Below are positions 53,293-64,000 of a stretch of DNA of 64,000 bases, piece after piece; the first letter of the stretch is position 1; every line of letters begins with the position of its first letter. The DNA is from Malacoraja senta. Taxonomy: Eukaryota. The DNA lies in assembly GCA_038087875.1 (NCBI GenBank), contig CM075994.1, positions 4,776,001 through 4,840,000 of the forward strand, in the 5' to 3' direction. The notes under the pieces are model-generated. The model had not been told where the DNA came from. It ran no database searches and saw only the letters and a list, made by a program, of their open reading frames with translations. The position numbers were made by a program, and so were the translations under genes.

Positions 53293-54100
53293 TGAATTCT
53301 AATAATTTCAGATTATCAGGAATGCTTTTCCTGTGTGTGTGTTGTGTGCGCGTGTATGCCTGTGTGTGCGTTTCGTTTCCAGATTGGTGGGAGCCCGCAG
53401 TAGCATGTCACATTGCTGGAAAGTTGTTACAATATGGTAAGGTTGAATCGATGTCTCCCCATAGAATTTTGAAAATAAAATCTCAAGCCTTTGACTCTAT
53501 CGCGATAGTGTAACATTATAAACCGCACCATTATTTATATTGGTCGCTTCCCTGTTACTTTCTTGCGCAGCTATTTGGAGAGGTTGGCTCATTACGTATA
53601 TGACAGTGAACAGAAGCATTTTTCGATTTTTTAATTCCGAAATGAAGCACATCGTTAGAGAAAAGCATGACATACTTTATTTCCTTTTGATTTGGGGTAT
53701 TTTCCCAAGTAAACATGTTTCACTGCTTACCGACGACCTTGCGAATTGATTCCAATTTCTCTAATTCTGAAATTAAAAAGTAATTTCGTCTCATGTCTCC
53801 CTGCCATCTGAACGCAAACAGCTGCCTCAGATAGCCGTCAATAGCAACCGAGATCAAAAGTATTTTGCAATTATCTCCCAGATCTCACATTGTTACACAG
53901 GAAATCCCACATCCCCAAAGTACCAAAGCTTGGTAGACCATCACCAGTGGCCGTTACTATATTCGTCATCAATGTTTCCCAGGACAATGCAAGGCGAAGT
54001 TTGATAAATATCCCTGTAAAAGGGACCACATATAGTTAAATTTAGAGAGACAATGGCAATGATGTAATCTATATACTTTTAAAACTCTCTGGCTGTCGTC

Positions 54101-54166
54101 CGTCTGTACGTCTGTACGTCTGTACGTCTGTACGTCTGTACGTCTGTACGTCTGTACGTCCGTACG
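54101..54166. repeat. (CTGTACGT)n microsatellite, ~7-8 units
   Basis: Direct. Confidence 0.95.
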
Positions 54167-55239
54167 CCGCCTTTGATACCGCCCCGCGCCCGCGCGGCGC
54201 GCGGAAACGCCGGTATTTTTTACCGTTTCTAAAGAGGTTACGTTTATCTTTAGGAATAGACGATCCCGATTAAATTCGGTCGTGTTTATGTACGCTTTTT
54301 AAAATAAAATATCTCTCCCCCCCCCAAAACCAAACATTTCAAAATGTTTAAAAAAGCAGCTCAGCCGTAGAATGTTAGTAAATATTCCGTTGTGTGATGT
54401 CATAATGCACAATGGTCACAGATGTCCAATCGGAATGGATCCATTTACATATGCCTTGGCAGCAGCCCCAGCCCCTCCCCCCAACCCCCGCAGCATTGGG
54501 CATTGTGACATCACAAAACAGAACCTTCATTTACATTCTATTGCTGAGAGCTGTTTGTTTAACATTTTGAAATGTCCCCATTCCCTATCACCCCCACACG
54601 TGGCGACGCCCTGCGACACGTGTGACAAATCGGAATGAATCCGTTTACATATGCCTTTGCAGCACCCACAGCACAAGCCCCCCCCCCAACCCCGCAGCCT
54701 ACCTCAACTCTCCCTCCCCACTCTTCCCCCTCTCTCCTCTCCCCCTCCCCCCCTCCCTTCCCCCTTCACCACCCCTATTCACTCCCATCACCCACCCACC
54801 CCCTTCACCTCTCTCTTGCACCACTCCCTGCTACCCCTCTGCCCCGCACTGTTCCCACCTCTCTCCTTCCCCTCCCTCTCTCCCTATCTTCCCCCTACTC
54901 CTCTCCCCTTCCCATCATCCCCTCCCCCCTTCCTGCCCTCCCCGCTCTCCTCCCACTCCAAACACTCCTCCCCCTCCCTCTCACCCACCCTGATCTCCTC
55001 TCCCTCCCCAATCTCTCCCCTTTCCTCTTCCCCCTCTCCCCTCCCTCCCCCTGTCCTCTTCTCTTCCCACCCCGTCTCCCTCTCCCCTCTTCTCTCCCCC
55101 CTCCCCCCGAGTGTGTTTGGGGGTGGTTAGTGTGAGTTTGGGGGGTGGTTAGTGTGAGTGTGATGCCGCAGCCCACCCCCCCTCCCGCAAACGAGCGTTG
55201 GGAAAACAGTCCTCCACCAGTCTCTCTGTCTTTAAGACG

Positions 55240-55450
55240 GAACTGCAGATGCTGGAAAATCGAAGGTATACAAAAAAAACCTGTATATCATCAGCGGGTG
55301 CAGCAGCATCTATGGATCGAAGGAAATAGGCAACGTTTCGGTAGAAAACCAGTCTGAGGATGGGCTTCGACCCAAAGCGTTGCCTATTTCTTTCGCTCCA
55401 TAGATGCTGCTGCACCCGCTGAGTTTCACCAGCTTTTTTTGGTGTACCAG
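55240..55450. mobile_element. Penelope-like terminal-repeat fragments in inverted arrangement
   Basis: Palindrome 55291-55422 (tcagcgggtgcagcagcatctatgga...tccatagatgctgctgcacccgctga) with a decayed CTGANGA...GAAA motif; second copy at 57054-57185. Confidence 0.65.
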
Positions 55451-58400
55451 TCTCTCTATCTCTCCCCTCTCTCTCTCTCTCTCTGCCCTTCTTTCTTCAC
55501 AGCCCGCAGCTCAACTCATGAACACCCGCTGAAACCCCCCCTTCACCTATCTCCCACATCCTCTCCTTCCTCTCTCCACACCCTCCTCTCTCTCCCCCTT
55601 CCTCTCCCCCCTTTCTCTCCCCCCTTCCTCTCCCCCCTTCCTCCTCCCCCTCTTCAATTTTTTTTAATTCTAACATTAAATTTTCTCTCTCTGCCCCCCC
55701 CTCTAGACACACCTGAGAGCTGAGGGCTATTCGTCAATGGATAGGGTGGAGATGGGATAAAAGAAGCAAATTAAAAGGGTTGTGATGAGTGTGTGTGTTT
55801 GTGGGTGCCAGATTCCCACCCCGCAACCGTGCTTTGGAGGAAAGGGGGTGGTTAGTGTTGCGCCACAGCACCCCCCCCCCCACCCGAAAACGCACGTTCG
55901 GTGTCCAGACCCAACTTGGTCTCTCTCTCTCCCTCTCCCCATTCTCTCTCTCCCCATTCTCTCCCTCACCTTTCTCTCTCTCCCTTCTCTCTCTCTCCCT
56001 TCTCTCTCTCCCTTATCTCTCTCTCTCCATTCTCCCTCCCTTCTCTCACTCTCTCTCTCTCTCCTCTCTCTCCCACTTCTCTCTCTCATTTCACTCTCTC
56101 CCTTCTCTCTCTCCCTTCTCTCCCTCACAGCCCGCGACTCGACTCATGCACGCCCGCTCCAACCCCCCCCCTTCACCTCTCTCCCCATCCTCTATTTCCT
56201 CTCTCCACCCCTCTCCTCTCTCCCCCGTCCTCTCCACCCTCCCTCTCCCTCTCCTCTTCTCTCCCCACCCCGTCTCCCTCTCCCCTCTTCACTCCCCACC
56301 CCGTCTTCCTCCCCCCCCCATCCCCCCGAGTGTGTTTGGGGGTGGTTAGTGTGAGTTTGGGGGGGTGGTTAGTGTGAGTGTGATGCCGCAGCCCACCCCC
56401 CTCCCGCAAACGCGCGTTGGGAAAACAGCCCGCCAACAGTCTCTCTGTCTTTAAAATATTAATATAATATCAAGGGGTGTGATGAGTGTGTGTGTTTGTG
56501 GGTGCCAGATTCACACCCCGCAACCCTGCTTTGGAGGTACAGACCCAACGGGTGGTTAGTGTGACGTCACAGCCCCCTGCCCCAAACACAAGTTCGGTGT
56601 CCAGACCCAACGGGTCTGCACTTGGTCTTCACTCCCCACTCTTCCCCTCTCCCTCCCCACCTCTCTCCCTCCACCCTCCCTCTCTCCCTCTCTTCCACCT
56701 ACTCCTCTCCCCTTCCCCTCATCCCCCTCCCCTCTCCCCCCTTCCTGCCCTGCCCGCTCTCCACCCACTCCAAACTCTCCTCACTCTCCCTCTGACCCAC
56801 CCTGATCTCCTCTCCCTCCCCAATCTCACCCCTTTCCTCCTCCCCCTCTACCCTCCGCCCCCCTCTTCCCTCCCCTCCCCTCTTCTCTCCCCACCCCGTC
56901 TCCTTCTCTCCCCCTCCCCTCCTCTCCCCAACCCCGTCTCCCTCTCCCCCACTCCCCCCGCCTGTGTGTTTGGGGGGTGGTTAGTGTGAGTGTGATGCCG
57001 CAGCCGCAGCCCCCCCCCCAAACGCAAGGTAAACAAAAAAATGACGTATAAACTCAGCGGGTGCAGCAGCATCTTTGGATCGAAGGAAATAGGCAATGTT
57101 TCATAACAAAACACGTCTGAAGATGGGTTTCGGCCACAAACATTGCCTATTTCCTTCGCTCCATAGATGCTGCTGCACCCGCTGAATTTCACCACCTTTT
57201 TTGGGTGTACCAGTCTCTCTGTCTCTCCCCTCTCTCTCTCTCTCTGCCCTTCTGTCTTCACAGCCCGCAGCTTAACTCATGAACACCACCTCAAAACACC
57301 CCCCTTCACCTATCTCCAACATCCTCTCCATACTCTCTCCACACCCTCCTCTCCATCCCTCTTCCTCGCACCCCTTCCTCTCTCCCCCTTCCTCTCCCCC
57401 CTTCACTCTCTGCCCCCCCCCCCTCTAGACGCAACTGAGAGGTGAGGGCTATTCGTCAGTGGATAGGGTGGAGATGGGATAAAAGAAGCAAATTAAAAAA
57501 TTAAGATAATATCAAGGGTTGTTATGAGTGTGTGTGTTCGTGGGTGCCAGATTCCCACCCCGCAACCGTGCTTTGGAGCAAAGGGGGTGGTTACTGTGAC
57601 GCCACAGCACCCCCCCCCCCCACCCGCAAACGCACGTTCGGTGTCCAGACCCAACGGGTCTGCACTTGGTCTAGTTAATAATAAAATCCCTCTTGCAATG
57701 CATAATTTAAATGCGTTTTTCAAGCCTTAAATACTTCATTGTGCGAGTACATATGCATGTGTTCGCGCGTGTACGCAATATTTGCTTGGCTAAATAGCCG
57801 AACGGTTGCCCTAGACGGCGGCGAAATAAATATATTGAACCAGGAGTACTTCACAGCAAAATCTGAAATGGTGTTACTAGACGAATCCACTAACCAGACT
57901 TCAATTGTTTTAAACGTGCTTCTGAAAATTATAAGTGACAAGATATAAAATTGAAACGATAAACCGATATTAGCACGAAGCATTGCTTGGTCAGAACTTT
58001 CATGACCCTGCATTTTTTTCTCACAAAATTAAGGAAGATGTTGAAAAATATTACAGTATAATGTTAGGAATTGTCTTTTATGAGATTATGATATCGCAAG
58101 TTTTCTGACATACGCTTTTAAATACAACAAGTAATCCTAGGGAAACCAACAGATTCACAATTTGTCTTGTGCTTTTGTCGTGACTGCGATATGTCAAATT
58201 GACTGTCATACTAAGCAATATTTCCCTGTGCACAGAGCGGAACACAAGAAGACACTTTATAGAAAGACAGAAAACGCCGGAGTAACTCAATGGGTCAGGC
58301 GGCATCCATGGAGAGCATGCAATGTTTGGGACACGTGTCAGGGGATAATTCTTCAGACACGTGTGTAACCTGCCAGACTACGAAGGCGCCCCCCCCCTTG

Positions 58401-59496
58401 CGGAATGCTTGAATTATAATGTTGGGATTGTTGCGTTCTGGTCCCTTGCCCGACACTGTGGGCCGCTTTTCATACCGCGTTCTTCAAGTAACTTTGATTC
58501 TTCAGGATCAAAATCAAACTTGATGTGCAATAAACATGGGCAGGAAATATCAACTACTTTGTGTGTCCATTTTAGGAGATCTTGTACTTTTCATAATCCG
58601 CTTTCTCTCTCAACCTGGCCTATGTTGACAGACACTATAAAGTTTGTTTATTTTCAGTATTACGAACGGATTACCTTCACTCACCATCGGTTTGCAAATG
58701 GTTCAGCAATTCTGAGGATCATAAAGTTATAATTATTGTTCGAAAATGAATATTGAACGTGCTTAACAGGCAGACAATTTTACCAAAGTCTTATGATGGA
58801 GAAAGGTTTGGACACGCTCTACTTCTAGCTTACCAGCTTCTTTTATCTTCATTTTCTCTGCTATAAACACAAAGATAAGGTCATAAGCTCAGGCCCATCA
58901 AGTGATCTCCGTCGTTCAAACATGGCTGATCTCTCTCTCCCTCCTAACGCCGTTCTCCCACCTTCTCCGCATAGAATAGAATGGATTTGAACAAACAGAA
59001 ACACGTCGTCATACTTTGCCGAAATAAACTTTGTTTTCCCCCTTTTAATGGCAACATAGCCAAAATAAAAATGAGCGGTTTCTTTACGTAGAAAATCCAG
59101 GTAGAAATACAGCAGCGAAGAGTATGTAAACAAGAACGCGTTTGACGACTTGGGGGTTTAACTGACGTCACAGAATAATGTTGCTATGTGCCCAAGGAAC
59201 GCACCACAAACTTCTTGAGACAGAATTCGCAAACCTTCAGCGGTGCTTTTTTTCATTTTCAGTAGAGATTGTCGCAGTTCAACAGTAATAAAGCAATGTA
59301 CCCAGTGCCAAAATCAATCCACCTTATTACTTATTTTCCTCGCAAGAACAGTATGCCATAAAAAATATTGAAAAAGAGCAACACGTGCTCGGGAAGAAGC
59401 AGCAGTGTTTGCTCGTATGACACTAGTTCTAAATAAATGTCAGGTGAATTTTATCTCCAAGCCATTCTCCAGCTATGAATGTGTCATTAATTCCTC

Positions 59497-59775
59497 TAGT
59501 TTTGTTTAGAGGTGCAACATGGAAACACGCTTTTCGGCCGACCGAGTCCGCGCCGACCTATTGTCCCCGCACATTAACAGTATTCTGCACTCTATGGACA
59601 ATTTACATTGTTTACCAAAGCACACTGACCTAACATCATATATGTCATTTGATTGCGGGGGGAATTCGGAGGAAGCGGTAAAACCCCACTCGGTCACAGG
59701 GAGAGCATACAAACTACGTACAGAGAGCACCCATCGTCAGGATAGAATCCGGGTCTCTGCGGCCGTGCCGGCGTG
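59497..59775 (-). mobile_element. tRNA-derived SINE (HE1/V-SINE-like)
   Basis: Minus strand has B-box-like ggattctatcc near 59745, core gtagtttgtatgctctccctgtgacc, CR1-like tail and ctaaac-like end. Confidence 0.6.
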
Positions 59776-60976
59776 TCGCCAAGTATGGAATATCAGTGAA
59801 TTCATGGGTACCTGTTTCCTCCAGCTCTGTCTTGAGTTTGATTATTTCTTTATTTTAAATGAAGCACATTCATACAATTAAAATACATAGGACATCTGAG
59901 ACTAAAAACAGAAACAATACAAATACCAATTGTGTTTTGTATCTACCAAATCAGCAAAATTGTAGGATGCTGAGTGTAATATTAGACTACACAGTCTTGT
60001 CCATTTGACCAAAATCATCGTCGATTGCATAAATACATCTGCATTTTAGCCTTATAACTAATCATTTAGTTAACACGGTACACGACCAATTGTTCTTCAA
60101 TTGCAGAAGTGATTACTGGTAATAACGTTCATTTGTCTGTTTAGGATTACTGGGTGCAACCCAAATTGTTTAGATGCGGTGGACTTTTCCATCGTTTTCC
60201 TTGCAGCGGAAATCACTGATACACTATATCGGTTCATGAAATCACGGAAGGTATGGACAATAATTGAATGGCCATTTCATTATTTAGGGAAAAGTGAATG
60301 TTGCCTTTAGGAGCACGTAAATTCCCACCAAATATCAACGATGAGTTGAGAAAACAGACAAAATCAGTTAAACTCAGAAATATGTTAATATTCTACCAAA
60401 GCGATGAAATGAAAACAACAAGTTGAATTAGCATTCAGTAACCTGATATATAATTTTACATTATTTGATCGCCTGAAAATGAACCTTAGTATTCAACATA
60501 AACCTCCTACTATCAACACACCATCGCATGTCTTCCTTCCGAAGCATGTAATCTAGTAAATATTAAATAAACACTATTGTTTCCCTCAAAGAATCTATGG
60601 AAGACGGGTTCCAAAAGCATTTTTCCAAACACAATTTCCTAATAATATTTGGAAATGAGGTTATCTCAATGAGAATCTATTTGGAAAGTAGAAAATGATT
60701 GCCATTCATTTTGATAGCTCTACTGCTTTCAGAATAAGACGTGGGAAGCTGGTAATATCGTTCACGTCCAAGTGCAAGGTTCGGACTGTTGCCCACGTTT
60801 GTGCCATTTTTTAAACTTAATTCATCCCCACTCATTCAGTGCAGCCGTCCGAGACATAATATCCCAGTGCATGAGCCGAACAATTTTCTTTAACAACGAG
60901 AGACTGATATAGGATATTTTTTTAATGTATGCTAAAATAAAGGGAATTTAAATTGAGTAGTGTTTGAGAAGGAGCG

Positions 60977-61091
60977 GCAGATGCAGGAAAATCGAAGGTA
61001 GACAAAAATGCTGGAGAACTCAGCGTGTGAGGCAGCATCTATTGAGCGAAGGAAATAGGCAACGTTTCGGGCCGAAACACTTCTTCAGACA
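60977..61091 (-). mobile_element. Penelope-like terminal fragment with hammerhead-ribozyme core
   Basis: Same family as 55240-55350; minus strand reads gtCTGAAGAagtgtttcggcccGAAACgtt. Confidence 0.65.
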
Positions 61092-62049
61092 TTGAGTAGC
61101 TTTGTATTTAATTCTGATATATTATTTTACGTTTCTCGTTCCCAACGTGCAAAAGCACATCTATGTTTGCAACACATTGATAAGATGACCAATCGCCTTG
61201 GAAGTTCTGGCGCCGTTTATTCAAGAGATCTCCCTCGTTTAGCAAGTATACTACAAGTATACTACAAGTATTCATGGACAATTTTAAAATACTTATGTGG
61301 TTTTCACGGAATATGAACTAAGATAACATATCGAAATTTCAAATGTAATCATAATGCCCGTGCACGCATTAAGCTACATTTGAGATCGCACGTTTTCCCT
61401 TTGACCATATGCAATATACTGTAGCATTTGTTTTTGAATTCAGACAAGAAACATAAATAATTCAGTGACATTTGTTTTCAATTCTGATTTGTGTTATTGT
61501 CAGATATCTTCCCGCCAGCTAATTGCGGCAAAGGCTATTGATTCCAACAGACTGAGGTTGATATAATTAATTCCCTAGTTGTCTAAACTAATCTTGTTTA
61601 ATATTCTGATTCATTCACTTAGGCATATACTTTTCAGGTATCCAAACATAAGATGCAGCCATAAGATCCAACCAGACTCTCAAAATATAGTAGCATTTCT
61701 AGCTGTCTATATGCATTCGATACTGGTGACAAATGTATTCCGACTACTGGTCTATGACTGAAATTGGACCACGTGTTGTGGGAATAGTATGTACATACCA
61801 AATATAGTTCACAGGCAAATAAGCAAATAAACCGTTTCTACTCACCCAATACACATCCTTCTACAATTCTACATCCTTATACAAATAAAGTAAATATATT
61901 CATAAACAAACTGGACGTCACAAGTGGCTGTTTGTCTTAAGATTTTAATACACAAAGAATATTTCAAACATAACATGTTCCCAAAACAGTTTAACTGTTC
62001 AACCGCCAGAAATGATTAATAAGGGAGGATGAATGTATTCGAGGCTCAT

Positions 62050-62745
62050 GGATTCGTGCAGCGTGGAAACAAGATCATCGTCCCAAACTGGCCTCTCCAC
62101 TCGTCCCACCTGTTTACTTTTGACCCATATCCCTCTAAACCTACGTGTTTCTTAAATGTTGCGACGATACCTGACTTAAGTATCTCCACCAGCACCTCCA
62201 TTCATAGACCCGCCATACTTTGTTAAAAAAAAGTAACCCCTCATTTTCCTGTTATATACCCCCTGCACCCCCCCCCCCCACTCTCACCTTAAAACGATAT
62301 CCCCTGGTTCGATATTCTCCTACACTGGGTAACGACTCTGTGTGTATATCCGATCTATTCCTCTCATGATTTTGTACAACTCTGCAAAGGTAACCCGATA
62401 CGAATGCACTACTAGGAGTAGTCATATCCTGCGCAACATCTCCTCTATAGCTCCGGCCCTTGAATCCTGGCAACATCCTCATATATTTTATGAGCTCCAT
62501 TTTCTAGCTTGACAATATGTATCCTATCATAAGGTGCCAAAACCGATATACGGTGCACTAAATGTGATTTCACCAACCTCTTGTATAACTTCAACATGAC
62601 CTCTCAACTTCCAAACTAATCACTCAGAACGACGGTGGCCATGTGCTGAAATGTTACTTGACCACATTATCCACCGACGAAGCTACTTTCAAGGGACTAT
62701 GTACCTGCACTCCAGGATGACTGTCTACAACACACACCAGAACCA
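62050..62745 (-). mobile_element. Old CR1 3' fragment
   Basis: RMLPGFKGRSY and RTRGYRFKV remnants; similar to 31520-32220. Confidence 0.7.
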
Positions 62746-64000
62746 TATGATATATCAAACAGGACTTGCACATATTAGACTTCTAAATCCTAATTCATAT
62801 TGTTCTATATCTCCCTCGAATTCATAATCCTTTACTTTTCCAATTAGTCGCCATTTTTTGCATTTTCTGATAATTACCAAAGTATTCCCACGAACTTTTT
62901 CCAAAGAAAATATTAGGTCTGGCGATGCAATAATCAACACTCCATGACATTCTCACTTTGAAAACAATAAGGTGACTGCAATATCAGTCATCCGGCCATG
63001 AAACCTCATGTAAATGTGTGGAGAAAACATGGTTCCTCGTGCTTCCATTCTCTGGCTTCATTCGTTTGACAAAGAATCGACTTTTCTATCTGGATATGAT
63101 TTATCCACCATGACATTTACTGCTAATAACTTTAATATATCTTCAATCCAGCTATTATCTAATCAAATTATTCAATCGGCCCCTCAGATGTATGGTTTCT
63201 TTCTGATCGCTGTTCTGTGGAAAGACATTTCTCTTTATTTGGAGCATTGGATTGCAGTTGTGACTTTTGAAATGGTCACGGTTGAATAAGTACAGTAAAT
63301 ATAGCTGTTACATTTTTACTTGCAGCCATAAAAACAAAGCTAGATATTTATCACGGCTTACAGCTCAACAAAATATATATCTCTGAAAACAGAACATTTA
63401 ATCATACAAATTCATGCTATCTGTACAATGGTTCCACATATAATCCATAACATCTACACGCATGGTGGAGCGTTGCCCCATTTACTCTAATTTCAATAAA
63501 TGTCTTTTTAGGAGGTTCATCAGTTGGTAAAAAAAATCGACTACGCAGAATGAAGTATATGGCACAAAGGACAAAGAAGCATAATCACCATTATATTCAG
63601 ACGAACGTCCCCAAAAACTAGCTTCATAACAGCCTTCCGAAATGGTCGACATTCCCCGTTTGAAACTATTCTTTTTTGTTTACCTTTGCCTTGCAAGACT
63701 TCTTTAAGTAGCCCTAATTCTAAAGAATAAGGGGAAGAGTGTCGTTTCTTTTAAATTAAATGTATTCATTCGATATCACTTGCTTACCTTTTATCTCCGT
63801 TACATTATAATTATCTACTTAATCTTTCAGAGTATGGTTTGCAAGCATCGTTAAAAAGGCAATATATAGCATAGCATTTGCGGGGAATATCAATTAAGGA
63901 AACGTATCAAGATTAGCTACATGATATAGATTACAAATTTACGATGTAATCCCAATAATAAATATTGAGAACAGGCTGCTGAAGTAAGCACATTTGTATT

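Larger units (their letters stand above)
54068..57674 (+). mobile_element. Complete non-autonomous Helitron-like element (C), 3.6 kb
   Basis: A|TC 5' end (TCTATATAC, 54068); (ctgtacgt)n microsatellite just inside; 3' hairpin cagaccc-aac-gggtctg (57646-57662), CTAG (57671-57674), then T; no TSD. Confidence 0.85.

Noticed and set aside
54622..57445. Pro/Ser/Leu-rich and Arg/Glu-rich ORFs
   Set aside because: Polypyrimidine tracts inside the Helitron.
60207..60250. Plus-strand exon-like segment (ttttccttgcag|...aag|gtatgg)
   Set aside because: Isolated, not frame-symmetric, and no partner exons identified.

Overview
Eukaryotic, repeat-dense genomic DNA with no intact host gene that I can identify. 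The repeat complement (several CR1 subfamilies, L1, Rex1/Babar-type LINE, HE1-like SINE, Penelope-like ends) points to a vertebrate, probably a cartilaginous fish (inference). Layout: (1) a minus-strand non-autonomous Helitron-like element (~1938-8583) interrupted by a decayed full-length L1 (3267-8472) that lacks its RT core; (2) a ~16.4-kb array of a 48-bp monomer (8584-24975) ending just upstream of a canonical Helitron 3' terminus (hairpin + CTAG|T at 25248-25276), with multi-level higher-order structure and four internal spacers that copy the L1-tail/Helitron-head junction; (3) a young, near-intact CR1 (25503-29445); (4) a hAT transposon with TIRs and a perfect 8-bp TSD (30895-37828) holding nested retroelements; (5) a ~1.9-kb foldback/MULE-like element with a 9-bp TSD; (6) a full-length decayed Rex1/Babar-like LINE and another CR1; (7) a complete 3.6-kb Helitron-like element (54068-57674) with internal defective terminators and Penelope-like palindromes. 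The long ORFs at 8.5-25 kb are artefacts of the 48-bp (16-codon) repeat. All calls are by eye; no database searches were run.
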